A DNA stretch of 64,000 bases, taken from the NCBI GenBank assembly GCA_965203325.1, contig OZ241875.1, positions 3,776,001 through 3,840,000 on the forward strand, given 5' to 3'. Below are positions 19,278 through 29,024 of this stretch, in pieces. The position numbers and the translations under genes are program-made. The notes under the pieces were generated by a model. It saw only the letters and a program-made list of their open reading frames with translations. It was not told the DNA's origin and did not search any database. Source of the stretch: a bacterium. Its GTDB lineage: Bacteria; UBA8248. The first letter of the stretch is position 1, and every line of letters begins with the position of its first letter.

Positions 19278-20423
19278 ATGAACGAGACCGGACTTGAAAC
19301 GGCGGCAGGAGAAACAACCGATGCGGTGAAGCTCAAGATCATCGACGCGGACATCCATCCGCGCATGAACGGCATGCACCAGCTTCATCCGTATCTGTCC
19401 GAATCGTGGCGCAAGCGCATGGGCGTGGCGCCGCTCAGTTCCGCGAAAGACCCCAACACCGCGCGGAACGTCTTTTCGATACCCAAGCGCTGGTACTACC
19501 ATCCCCACGGTGCGGAACGCCCCGACGCCCTGCCGCCCGACGGCGGGAGACCCGGTTCGAACCTCGACATGCTGCGCTCCCACCATCTGGACAAATACGG
19601 CATCGACACCGGCATTCTCATCGCAGGCGATCTGTTCGGCATCGGGGGACTGCCGGACGCCGACATGGCGGCGGCCTTCATCGCGGCGAACAACGACTGG
19701 CTGCTCCACGAGTGGTGCGAACCCGAACCCCGCCTCAAGCTCGCCATGCACGTCGGCCCGCGCGACCCGGGGCTCGCCGTCAAGGAAATCGAGAGAATCG
19801 GCGCGCATCCCGCCGTGGTGCAGGTGCAGATTCCGCAGATGGACGTGTTGCTGGGGAACCGCCACTACTATCCCATCTACGAGGCCTCAGAAGCCATGGG
19901 CCTGGCCATCGGGATGCACGGCGCAGGAGAGGCGGCGGGGGTGAACACGCCCATGAACCCCACGGGAATCCCCGCCTATTACATCGAGGTGCACACGGGC
20001 GCGGTGACGATAGCGCAGGCGCAGGTGATCAGCCTGGTGTGCGAGGGCGTGTTCGTTCGCTTCCCGAAACTCAAGGTCGTCTTTCAGGAGATGGGCTACG
20101 CCTGGCTGCCGAGCATCATGTGGCGCTTCGATCAGGAATGGCGCTCGCTGCGCGCGGAGGTGCCCTGGCTCGAACGTCCGCCGAGTGAGTACATCGTCGA
20201 CCACATCCGGCTGACCACGCAGCCCATCGCGGAGCCGCCCACCAACGAGGACCACCGCCAGATTCTCAGGATGGCTAAAGCGGAGAAGACGCTTCTGTTC
20301 GCGTCCGATTATCCGCATTGGGACTTCGACAATCCCCGGCAGGTTTTTCAGGAAGTCTCGGATGAGATGAGGCGGCGCATCTACCACGAGAGCGCCGAGG
20401 AGCTTTATGGGCACAAGCTCTAG
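19278..20423 (+). CDS. amidohydrolase_2 family TIM-barrel metalloenzyme
   Basis: IDADIH, GMHG, EGVFVRFPKLK, FASDYPHWD. Confidence 0.9.
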   Translation: MNETGLETAAGETTDAVKLKIIDADIHPRMNGMHQLHPYLSESWRKRMGVAPLSSAKDPNTARNVFSIPKRWYYHPHGAERPDALPPDGGRPGSNLDMLRSHHLDKYGIDTGILIAGDLFGIGGLPDADMAAAFIAANNDWLLHEWCEPEPRLKLAMHVGPRDPGLAVKEIERIGAHPAVVQVQIPQMDVLLGNRHYYPIYEASEAMGLAIGMHGAGEAAGVNTPMNPTGIPAYYIEVHTGAVTIAQAQVISLVCEGVFVRFPKLKVVFQEMGYAWLPSIMWRFDQEWRSLRAEVPWLERPPSEYIVDHIRLTTQPIAEPPTNEDHRQILRMAKAEKTLLFASDYPHWDFDNPRQVFQEVSDEMRRRIYHESAEELYGHKL

Positions 20424-20438
20424 TAGGAGCTCGTAACA

Positions 20439-20762
20439 AGGCTGTTGAAATAGCCCCTCGTCGAGGGTACCGCTTCTACCTCCGATGCGAGATGGTTTGG
20501 CGGGCGACGTGGAAGAGGAAGTCCACCCGCATCAATCGGGCTTTCACCTGTAGGGGCCGCATATATGCGGCCCATGACGGGCGGAGAAAAAGGCCGGGTC
20601 GCATGTATGCGACCCCTACAACAGGAGCGACAATGACGCCGGAATGACGGCCAATAACGGACCACGTGCGGCTACTGGGGCAGGGCGGCCACGGGGGGCC
20701 GCCCCTACGGGTTCGTATTGTTACGTTCGGTTTTTGTAGGGACAGGCCCCTGTGCCTGTCCG
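20439..20762. repeat. cluster of GTAG-type REP palindromes with a MITE-like end
   Basis: GTAG-GGGCCGCATATATGCGGCCC ... GGGTCGCATGTATGCGACCC-CTAC (20550-20619); further GTAG/CTAC hairpins; GCTGTTGAAA at 20441. Confidence 0.8.
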
Positions 20763-20787
20763 AGGTCGCTCGGAATGCCTGCCCGTA

Positions 20788-21885
20788 TTACAGATCGAGG
20801 CGGAATTTGTGCACCGCCTCTTCGTTCACTTCCACGCCCAGACCCGGACCCTCGGGCACCTTGACGACCCCGCCTTCCGCCACGAAGCCGGTGACGATGT
20901 CCTCATCGTGCCAGGCGGGGGCCTTGCCCGATTCGTTGTAGACGATAGCAGGCGTCGAGGCGAAAAGGTGCGCGCAGGCGGCGTCGTTCAGCGCGCTGTG
21001 GATCACGCTGCCGCAGATGCCCTCGATGCCGTTTATCTCGATGAGGGCGGCGGCTTTTTTCGCATGTAACAGACCGCCCTCGCGGTTGACTTTCAGGTTC
21101 ACGATGTCGGCGGCGCGCCTGCGGGCGATTCGGGCCAGATAGTCGGGCCGGAACGACTCGTCCGCGCAGATGGGGATGCGCGTGTTCTTGTTGACGAACT
21201 CCAGGCCGTCCAGATCGTTGCCGGGCACGGGCTGCTCCAGCATGGTGACCCCGAACTCCTCGATGCGCGCACACATCTGCACGGCGAGCTTGGGCGTCCA
21301 GCTCATGTTCGCATCGACGACGATGTGCGCCTCATCTCCCGCCGCCTCCCGGGCCGCCGCCACGCGCGCGATGCTCGTCTTCGTGTCGCGGTTCATCTTC
21401 ACCTTGAACGAGGTGATGCCCAAAGCCATCGATTCCGCCGCGAGTTCTGCGGTTCTTTCCGGTGATTCGAGCGGCAGGATGTCGAAGGCGGGCATCTCGT
21501 CCCTGATTTTTCCGCCCAGCAGATCGTAGACCGGACAACCCAGCATGCGCCCGATGAGATCGTGCACCGCGCAGTCGACCGCCGCCTTTGGCGAATAATG
21601 GAAGGGGATGGCCTTTTCCATCCTGTGGGCGATGCGTTCCCTGTCGAAGGGGTTGCAGTCGGCGACGGCGGGCACCAGGTATTCATCGAGTATCTGGTAC
21701 GCGCTCTTGAGCGTCTCCCCGGTCGGAAACGAGCGCAGCGGCGCCCCGCCCCAGCCCGAAACGCCCTCGCAGGTGATTTTAACGACGATGTCTTCTGAAT
21801 GCGTCGCGGTGCGCGTGGCGCTCTTGTAGGGATGGTTGAGCGGGATGGCGACGGGGAAGAGTTCTATTTTCTCGATTTTTCTCAT
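20788..21885 (-). CDS. enolase superfamily, muconate cycloisomerase/dipeptide epimerase subgroup
   Basis: FKVK, VDAN, EQP, ADES, VNLK catalytic and metal motifs. Confidence 0.9.
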   Translation of the reverse strand: MRKIEKIELFPVAIPLNHPYKSATRTATHSEDIVVKITCEGVSGWGGAPLRSFPTGETLKSAYQILDEYLVPAVADCNPFDRERIAHRMEKAIPFHYSPKAAVDCAVHDLIGRMLGCPVYDLLGGKIRDEMPAFDILPLESPERTAELAAESMALGITSFKVKMNRDTKTSIARVAAAREAAGDEAHIVVDANMSWTPKLAVQMCARIEEFGVTMLEQPVPGNDLDGLEFVNKNTRIPICADESFRPDYLARIARRRAADIVNLKVNREGGLLHAKKAAALIEINGIEGICGSVIHSALNDAACAHLFASTPAIVYNESGKAPAWHDEDIVTGFVAEGGVVKVPEGPGLGVEVNEEAVHKFRLDL

Positions 21886-21913
21886 TCGTGCTCTCGGCTC
21901 CAATGGCGGGGGA

Positions 21914-22312
21914 TCACACGTGCAGCATCACCAGGTCTTTTTCGAGCGTGACTTCATACGTCTCGATGGAGGGGTCTTCTTCCGCCTCGAGCGTCACCTC
22001 ATAGGTTTTGACGCGCATCCTGTGGGGATTGAAGACCGAGCGCCCGTTCGTGATGTCGAACTCCCAGCAATGCCATGGGCACACGAGAACCTGCTCGTCC
22101 ATCACGTATTCGTAGCTGTGGGGCCTGGAGGATTTCATGGTTCCCTTGACCTTGCCGAGACACAGCGGCGCGCCCTGGTGCGGGCAGGAGTTCCTGACCG
22201 CGTACAGGGAATCCTTGATGTTGAACACGCCGATGGAGCGGCCCTCGACCTCGACGATCTTCCGCGCACCGGGGGGCAGTTCCGATATTTTGCACACCAG
22301 GTGTTTCGCCAT
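21914..22312 (-). CDS. Rieske [2Fe-2S] ferredoxin
   Basis: CPHQGAPL and CPWH motifs. Confidence 0.92.
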   Translation of the reverse strand: MAKHLVCKISELPPGARKIVEVEGRSIGVFNIKDSLYAVRNSCPHQGAPLCLGKVKGTMKSSRPHSYEYVMDEQVLVCPWHCWEFDITNGRSVFNPHRMRVKTYEVTLEAEEDPSIETYEVTLEKDLVMLHV

Positions 22313-22328
22313 GCGCGCCTCACCCGTT

Positions 22329-23156
22329 CTAGTTTTCCGCCGCCGCGGCCGCCGCTTTTTCCCGCAGCATCTCTTCGAGCTTCGGCATGGCCCGCACCGA
22401 CGCGTAGCGCGCGTGCTGGCCGCTTTGCGTCGAGAGGCTCCGCTTAGACCCCTTCGGGATGTGGATGATGGAGCCGGGGCCCGACGCTTGCCGCTCATCG
22501 TCCACCTGGGCGTCGATGACTCCCTTGATGACGTATACGAATTGCTCGTGCGCGTTCTCGGCCGTCTGATCCTCGAAGCCCTCGGGAATCTCGCCGTAGC
22601 CGAACGCGAGGCGCCCGCCTTCGATCCACACGGTGTGGCGGCCCGAAGATGCGGGAGCGTCGAAGGAGGGGAGTATCGGATAATAGGAGTTGTTCAGGCC
22701 TTCGACGATGATCTGCGCCTTGGAGGCGTCTTTTTCGAGATTTTCGGTGGAGCCGTCCTCGTACATTTCGTTGATCTCTTCGACACTGGGCGCCTTGTCC
22801 GGCACGACCTGATCCCTGTCCAGACCCACGACCGTCCAGGAGCGGTCCTTCACATAGAGGTAATCCATGTCTCCGTCTTCGGTGGCGATCATCTGGTGCT
22901 GGGCGTACGCGGGTACGTGAACGAAGGTGCCCGGCGTGACAACTCTCCTGTCCTTTCCGACGAGCGCGTTGATTTTCCCGCGGATGGGAAAAATCATGAG
23001 TTCGTTGGGGTGGTAGTGTATCTGGGAACCCGTGCCGGCCACCTTGCTGACCTGGCAGAAATACATGAATTCCCCCTCGACGATGGCTCCCTGTCCGGAG
23101 GAGAGATGGGGCGAGACGGCTTTTTTCTCGATTTCCTCGAAACGGTGGAACGGCAT
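22329..23156 (-). CDS. bicupin protein
   Basis: HYHPNE...PGTFVHVPAYAQH, second degenerate cupin (HEQFVYV...PGSIIHIP). Confidence 0.82.
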   Translation of the reverse strand: MPFHRFEEIEKKAVSPHLSSGQGAIVEGEFMYFCQVSKVAGTGSQIHYHPNELMIFPIRGKINALVGKDRRVVTPGTFVHVPAYAQHQMIATEDGDMDYLYVKDRSWTVVGLDRDQVVPDKAPSVEEINEMYEDGSTENLEKDASKAQIIVEGLNNSYYPILPSFDAPASSGRHTVWIEGGRLAFGYGEIPEGFEDQTAENAHEQFVYVIKGVIDAQVDDERQASGPGSIIHIPKGSKRSLSTQSGQHARYASVRAMPKLEEMLREKAAAAAAEN

Positions 23157-23388
23157 TCGATAAACTCCTTTTTTGACGAAGTTGTCCCTGCAGTAGTTTT
23201 CCCGTAAATCACGGCGAATCAAAAAATTTTGTTGTCAGGTTTGTTGAACCCAAGGCGCGAATGTTACCCTTTCCCGTCGCGTCTGACAATTTATGATCGA
23301 CAAAAAATGACGCGTCCCCCGGCGTTTGCTGGCGGTGGGCGCAAACGTGGATTCTTGACGGCGTATATCAAACTTACTGGGGGTTGTT

Positions 23389-24390
23389 ATGGCGAATGAA
23401 AAAGTACGGCTGGCGTCCATCGGCCTGGCCAACTGGGGAACCATGCTGGCGAATGCCGCGAAAAGGGCGGGGAACGTGGAGATTACCCGGTGCTTCACGA
23501 GAACCGAGTCCTCGCGCGAGGAGTTTGCGGAGAAATTCGGGTGCCGCCCGGCGGCGTCTTTTGAAGAAGTGCTGAAAGATGACGAAGTAGAGGGCATTCT
23601 CATCGCCACGCCCCATTCCACGCATACGGACCTGATCACGCAGGCGGCATCGGCGGGCAAGCACGTCTTCGTCGAAAAGCCGCTCACCCTGACGGTGGCC
23701 GATGCGGACAAGTGCATCGAAGCCACTGAAAAAGCGGGCGTTACGCTTCTGATCGGACACCACAGGAGGAGGCAGGGCGCGAACCGCCGGATACGCGCGA
23801 TGATAGACGAGGGCGCGCTCGGGATGATTCACGCCCTGGAGGCGAACCTCTCGAATCCCAACGGCCAAAACCCGAGAAGCGGCTGGCGGAACGACCCGGC
23901 GGAATGCCCGGCGGGGGGCATGACGGGGCTTGGCGTCCACATGGTGGACAATCTCCAGTACCTAGCCGGCCCCGCGAAGCGGGTGAGCGCGTTCAGCAAG
24001 CAACTGTTCGCCGCGGGCAATCTGGACGACGTGACGAACATCATCCTCGAATACGAGAGCGGCCCGCTCGGCTACATCACAACCTGCTACGTCACTTCCA
24101 AGCAGTGCACGACGTCGGCCCACGGCACCGAAGCCTCCGCATGGAGCGAAGACGAGGGCGAGCGGCTCTATCTCCAGAAAAAAGACGAAACCCAGAGGAG
24201 CGAGCTTTCCGTGGACGGCGGCGATGCGCTCGCGGAAGAAATACAGGAATTCGGCAGGTGCATCCGGGGCGAGGCCACACCCGAGACGGACGGGGCGGCA
24301 GCGCGGGAAGTCGTGGCCGTTCTGGAATCGATCGTCGAGAGTGCGAAGAGCGGGCGCGTTGTGGATGTTTCGGAGATCAGGGGGCACTGA
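23389..24390 (+). CDS. Gfo/Idh/MocA family oxidoreductase
   Basis: GKHVFVEKP, GVHMVD. Confidence 0.9.
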   Translation: MANEKVRLASIGLANWGTMLANAAKRAGNVEITRCFTRTESSREEFAEKFGCRPAASFEEVLKDDEVEGILIATPHSTHTDLITQAASAGKHVFVEKPLTLTVADADKCIEATEKAGVTLLIGHHRRRQGANRRIRAMIDEGALGMIHALEANLSNPNGQNPRSGWRNDPAECPAGGMTGLGVHMVDNLQYLAGPAKRVSAFSKQLFAAGNLDDVTNIILEYESGPLGYITTCYVTSKQCTTSAHGTEASAWSEDEGERLYLQKKDETQRSELSVDGGDALAEEIQEFGRCIRGEATPETDGAAAREVVAVLESIVESAKSGRVVDVSEIRGH

Positions 24391-24392
24391 GG

Positions 24393-25412
24393 GTGAGCAC
24401 GGATTCCTGGGAAATCGGGGGCGTGGCGATAGCCGCAGGCTCCTATGAATACGTGAAAATCCCGGTGGCGCGGATGCTCACCGGCTCGGAGACCGGTCTG
24501 CCCCTCCATTGCGTGAGAGGGGCGAAACCCGGCCCCACCCTGTCCGTTCTGGCTTGCGTCCACGGGGATGAGCCGCAGCCCATTCGCGCGTTCCAGAACG
24601 TAATCGCGCAAATCGATCGCGCGCAGTTGAGCGGCGCTCTTCTTCTCGTTCCGGTAGCGAACCCGTTCGCCTTTGCGAATTTCTCGCGGCAATCGCCGGA
24701 CCAGCACGAGCAGACGAACCTCTGGGGCGCGTTTCCGGGTTCCGCCAAGGGGACGCTCACGCAGCGCTACGCGCACAAGATACGTGAAATCCTTATCGAG
24801 AATGCGGATTATCTCGTGGAGTTTCACTCCGGCGGGGCGGCCGGGAGAATCCAGAGGCGCGTCGACATGGACCCGGACTATGAGGGCGCGCTCGGCGAGA
24901 AATCGCGCGAGATGGCGGTCGCTTTCGCGAGCGGGGGTGCTGCGCTGGTTCACGGTGTGCCTTTCAGCAAATCGAGCGCTTCGGGCCATTCGCTCACGCA
25001 AGGGATACCGGCCGTCAGCGTCGAGATTGGCGGCGCCTATCTGCCCGAATGCGAGGAGAACCTTTATCGCTACGACCTCGAACAAGGTTTCTTGAACCTC
25101 CTCGTTCATCTGGGGATGCTCCCGGGGGAAGAGAAGAGAGAGAAAATCACCTATTTCGGTTTCGCCCACCGCGCCGAGGCGAATCCCTCGAGCGGCGGAT
25201 ACCTCATCTCGCGGAAAACGCATTTCGCAGACCTGGGCGCCAAGGTGAGCGAAGGGGAGCTTCTGGGTGAGATGCTCGACCCTTTCAGCCTTGAAGTGGT
25301 CGAGGAGTTGCGAAGCCCCGCCGATGGGATTCTTTTCTTCAGCAGGTGCAGCGGGCCGTTCGAGGTGGGGAACAAGGGGTTCGCCGTCGCGACCGAATAT
25401 ACGGAAATCTAA
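24393..25412 (+). CDS. succinylglutamate desuccinylase/aspartoacylase (M14) family
   Basis: VHGDE, VPVANP, AFPG, EFHSG, VEIGG; GTG start just after the upstream stop. Confidence 0.85.
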   Translation: MSTDSWEIGGVAIAAGSYEYVKIPVARMLTGSETGLPLHCVRGAKPGPTLSVLACVHGDEPQPIRAFQNVIAQIDRAQLSGALLLVPVANPFAFANFSRQSPDQHEQTNLWGAFPGSAKGTLTQRYAHKIREILIENADYLVEFHSGGAAGRIQRRVDMDPDYEGALGEKSREMAVAFASGGAALVHGVPFSKSSASGHSLTQGIPAVSVEIGGAYLPECEENLYRYDLEQGFLNLLVHLGMLPGEEKREKITYFGFAHRAEANPSSGGYLISRKTHFADLGAKVSEGELLGEMLDPFSLEVVEELRSPADGILFFSRCSGPFEVGNKGFAVATEYTEI

Positions 25413-25481
25413 CCAACCGCGCATAAGCGCGCAATTTATCTATGGACCTTGGAACTACTGATTTGGAGGAAACGCAAGAAG

Positions 25482-25916
25482 ATGCCTTTTTACGATCCTG
25501 AGACGATGGACCAAAAACTGGCGGGGGCGAGCTACAGCACCTCCGAGGGCGTGTGGGTGGACGGCGATCGCGTCATTTTCGGCGTCATCAACAAGCCGGC
25601 GGGTACGGGCAGCAGGCCGCACCGCCACCCCAACGAGCAGTTCATCTTCGTGCAGCAGGGCAGCCTGCAGGCGATGATCGACGGTGAGCGGAAAACGGTC
25701 GGTAAAGGGGGAATCATCCACATACCGGCGAATTCCCTCCACAGCATGGTGGCCACGGACGATGAGGACGTCATCTTCATCGTGGCGAAGGATACGACCT
25801 GGCAGATCGAGGGTGTCGCCGAGGATGATTCGTCCTACGGCGCCTACATCGGCGAGGGCGCAGATGCGGGCGTGGCCGCCCGGTTCCGTGATATTGCCGA
25901 AAAAGGCCCCGAATAA
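25482..25916 (+). CDS. cupin domain protein
   Basis: PHRHPNEQF...IIHIPANSLH. Confidence 0.85.
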   Translation: MPFYDPETMDQKLAGASYSTSEGVWVDGDRVIFGVINKPAGTGSRPHRHPNEQFIFVQQGSLQAMIDGERKTVGKGGIIHIPANSLHSMVATDDEDVIFIVAKDTTWQIEGVAEDDSSYGAYIGEGADAGVAARFRDIAEKGPE

Positions 25917-26164
25917 AGCGATAATCGGCCCTGGCAGGCAAAGCAGTTCGAGTCGATGATCGCGCAAGAAATTCCATGATTCGAAAACGAGAAAATCTTT
26001 GCCCGATGATTTTGACTTGAGAAAGCAATTTTGCAAGAATGCCCGCAAATCGGACTTAAGCCGCAATGAACCACTTAAGAACTGACGGATAACTCCATGG
26101 CTTCGGCTGTGGACATATTGCATACGATATTATTTGAAATTCGCACGATTTGGGAGGCTGTTTG

Positions 26165-27034
26165 ATGGCCACGGCAACAGATGAAGTCAGACGGGATGAC
26201 GTAAAACTACCTGACGAGTACACGAAGCAGGAAAGATTCTGGATGTGGATCAAGGACAACGTCCCGAGCTTCATCGCGGTGCTCGTGATATGGGAGGGCA
26301 TCGCCTGGTACGTGAGCGAACCCGCGCTGTTTCCGCGCGTCTTTCCCATAGTCCACCGTTTTTATGAAGTCACCTTCCTGAAATCCGGCGAGACCATGTG
26401 CGTCCTGTGCGTGCATTCCTACCACACCGCCTGGCGGATCATGGTGGGCATGATAATCGCCGGCTTCGTGGGGATAGCCATCGGCATCGCCATGGGCCGC
26501 GTCGGCTGGTTCGAGAAGTTCATGATCCCCATACTGAGCATGCTCCTGCCCATCCCGGCCCTGGCCTGGAGCCCGATTCTCGTCCTGTGGTTCGGCCTCG
26601 GCAACACGACCATGATCTTCATCACCGCGTTCGCCGCCGCACTCCCGGCCATCTCATCCACCTGGACGGGGGTGAAGACCATCAACCCGATATGGATACG
26701 GGCGGCGCAATCGATGAACGCCGAGGGGATGACCCTGTTCTGGAAGGTCATCTTCCCCGGTTCGCTGCCCTTCATCCTCTCGGGTATCCGCATCGGCCTG
26801 GCGCGCGCATGGCGCGCCGGCATCGCCGGTGAGATGGTGGCCGCGAGCGACTGGGGCCTGGGCTACGCCATCTTCGACAGCCGCGAGGACCTCGATACCG
26901 CCTTCATGCTGGTGGGGATCGCGGCCATCGCCCTGGTCGGGTTCGTGATGGAGAAGTTCATCTTCGAGAAGTTCGAGAAGGTGACCGTCGTCAAGTGGGG
27001 CATGATGGAAGAGGTCGGCGGCCAGCGCCAGTAA
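26165..27034 (+). CDS. ABC transporter permease, NitT/TauT (SsuC/TauC) type
   Basis: Multiple TM helices, PIPALAWSP, EAA-like loop (AAQSMNA), GLGYAI. Confidence 0.9.
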   Translation: MATATDEVRRDDVKLPDEYTKQERFWMWIKDNVPSFIAVLVIWEGIAWYVSEPALFPRVFPIVHRFYEVTFLKSGETMCVLCVHSYHTAWRIMVGMIIAGFVGIAIGIAMGRVGWFEKFMIPILSMLLPIPALAWSPILVLWFGLGNTTMIFITAFAAALPAISSTWTGVKTINPIWIRAAQSMNAEGMTLFWKVIFPGSLPFILSGIRIGLARAWRAGIAGEMVAASDWGLGYAIFDSREDLDTAFMLVGIAAIALVGFVMEKFIFEKFEKVTVVKWGMMEEVGGQRQ

Positions 27035-27060
27035 CGGATATCACCGATAGCCTAAAAGGT

Positions 27061-27092
27061 AAGGCCGGCTCCCGTTGGGGGCCGGCCTTTTT
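27061..27092 (+). terminator. intrinsic terminator between convergent ABC genes
   Basis: AAGGCCGGC...GCCGGCCTT stem followed by T-run. Confidence 0.75.
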
Positions 27093-27119
27093 GTTTGTGT
27101 TCCTGATGCGGAAGTGAGG

Positions 27120-27872
27120 CTAGTTGCCGCGCACCGCTTCTGTCGCCATGTGTTCGAGTTCGATCACCCTCGGGTCGAAGGGGTCCCGGGGGCGCGGCAC
27201 GTCCACCTTGATCTCCTTGTGAATCACCCCCGGCTGGCCCGCGAGAACGATGATCCTGTCGGCGAGGTAGACCGCCTCGCTCAGGTTGTGCGTGACGTAG
27301 AAGATGGTTTTTTTCGTTTTCTCCCAGACCTCGACCGTCAGCGACTGGAGGTTCTCGCGCGTCTGCGCGTCGAGCGCGCCGAAGGGCTCGTCCATCAGCA
27401 TGAACTGGGGCTCGTAGGCGTACGCCCTCGCCACGGCGACGCGCTGCTTCATGCCGCCCGAGAGGTTGTGGGGATAGAGGTGGGTGAACTTTTCGAGGTG
27501 GACGAGTTCGAGAAATTGCTGCGCCTTCTGCCTGCGTTCCTCTTTGGTCATGCCCTTCATCTCGAGGCCGAACTCGACGTTCCTGAGCGCCGTGCGCCAC
27601 GGGAACAGCGCGTACTCCTGAAACACGACGCCCCGGTTCATGCGGCCCGCCGCCGAAATCGCGTTGCCGTCGAGCAGAATGGAGCCCGCCGTGTGATTCA
27701 GGAATCCGGCCAGGATGTTCAGCAGCGTGGTCTTCCCGCATCCGGACAACCCCACGACGCAGAGGAACTCGCCGTCCTGAATGTCGAGGTTGATGTCCTT
27801 TAAGGCGTGGACTTTCCTGTCCTTCAGGTAGTATTCCATGTGCAGATTCTTGATGCTTACTTTCACCGGCAT
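27120..27872 (-). CDS. ABC transporter ATP-binding protein, NitT/TauT type
   Basis: GLSGCGKTT, VFQEYALFPW, LSGGMKQR, LMDEPFGALD. Confidence 0.95.
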   Translation of the reverse strand: MPVKVSIKNLHMEYYLKDRKVHALKDINLDIQDGEFLCVVGLSGCGKTTLLNILAGFLNHTAGSILLDGNAISAAGRMNRGVVFQEYALFPWRTALRNVEFGLEMKGMTKEERRQKAQQFLELVHLEKFTHLYPHNLSGGMKQRVAVARAYAYEPQFMLMDEPFGALDAQTRENLQSLTVEVWEKTKKTIFYVTHNLSEAVYLADRIIVLAGQPGVIHKEIKVDVPRPRDPFDPRVIELEHMATEAVRGN

Positions 27873-28004
27873 GTTGTTCGGTCCTTATGAGATATCTGAT
27901 AGATGTTGATTTCACTTTTTTGTTTTTTGCGATGAATCCGAAAAATAGCGCAGATGAATCGCCTTCGTCAATTCCGTCGGGCTACTCGATTCGTTTCGCC
28001 AAAA

Positions 28005-28763
28005 TCAGAAAATGGCGGCAAGCCCCTCGAAGTTCATCACCACGAGAATACCCCCCATGATGAACAGTATGAGCGTGACGATTCGGAAGAACGCCTGGTC
28101 TGTAAAAATGTTGTAAATCTTCGTGCCCACGAAAAAGCCGAGCAGCACGGGCGTCGTCAGGATGAGGATGAGCCACAGGGCCGTCGCGCCGATGTAGCCC
28201 GCCGCTGCGATGGAGGCGATGGCCGCGACTCTGAGCACGACCTGGCTCGCGCTCAGCACGAACAGGTAGCGCTCCTTGGAGATTTTCATCCCCGTGAGGT
28301 AGGAGGCGATGACGTGGGAGGGGATGTTGATGGTGCCCAGCATCAGCCCTGCGACCGCTCCCATCCCCAGGGATCGCTTGAGCGAATCTTCGGGAGCGGG
28401 TTTCTCGGGCTGGAGCCATTGCCAGACGATCTGGCATATGATGAAGGCGCCCAGGATGAATTTCATCAGGCGCGGGTCGGTGTTCAGGAGTATCGTGAGG
28501 CCGGCGGCCAGACCCACCAGGCTCATCGAGAAGAAGGGGATGAAGGGTCTCAGACCCTCGTGGACGGCGGCGCGCGTCCGCCAGGCGTTCATGAGGCTCG
28601 TGCACAGGGTGGGGATGGAGATGACGGCGATGGCCGTCGGCAAGTCCCAGAAGATGGCCACGGTGGGCGTCGTCAGGGTGGCGAAGCCGAACCCGCCCAC
28701 CGCCTTGAGACCCGAGCCGACGAATGCGGCGCAAAAAACCAGAATGTATACCAGAGGACTCAA
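28005..28763 (-). CDS. TauE/SafE (TSUP) family membrane exporter
   Basis: GSGLKAVGGFGF and about 8 TM segments; start uncertain (TTG at 28763 chosen). Confidence 0.8.
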   Translation of the reverse strand: MSPLVYILVFCAAFVGSGLKAVGGFGFATLTTPTVAIFWDLPTAIAVISIPTLCTSLMNAWRTRAAVHEGLRPFIPFFSMSLVGLAAGLTILLNTDPRLMKFILGAFIICQIVWQWLQPEKPAPEDSLKRSLGMGAVAGLMLGTINIPSHVIASYLTGMKISKERYLFVLSASQVVLRVAAIASIAAAGYIGATALWLILILTTPVLLGFFVGTKIYNIFTDQAFFRIVTLILFIMGGILVVMNFEGLAAIF

Positions 28764-29024
28764 GATAACCCCGTCAAAAAGAATTTTTACGCCGGGCGAG
28801 ATGAGGCTGAATGCGTCTCTCTGAGACGTGAACGGCTCATTGCGAGAAATCCACAAACATGGCGCTCAACCTTGACGCTGCTGCGTTTATGTCGGCATTA
28901 TAACCGCCAACCTTGGGTACGGAAAATCTCACAGGCTTGTTCCATCATTATGTGCCGGATGCCCCTTTTCGGTATCTGGGTGACGGTGAAGGACAGGCTC
29001 CGCCACTGGAATCGAGGGTTTTGA

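Noticed and set aside
26396..26416. Haem c attachment motif in the permease
   Set aside because: Sequence is CVLCVH (CxxCxH), not CxxCH
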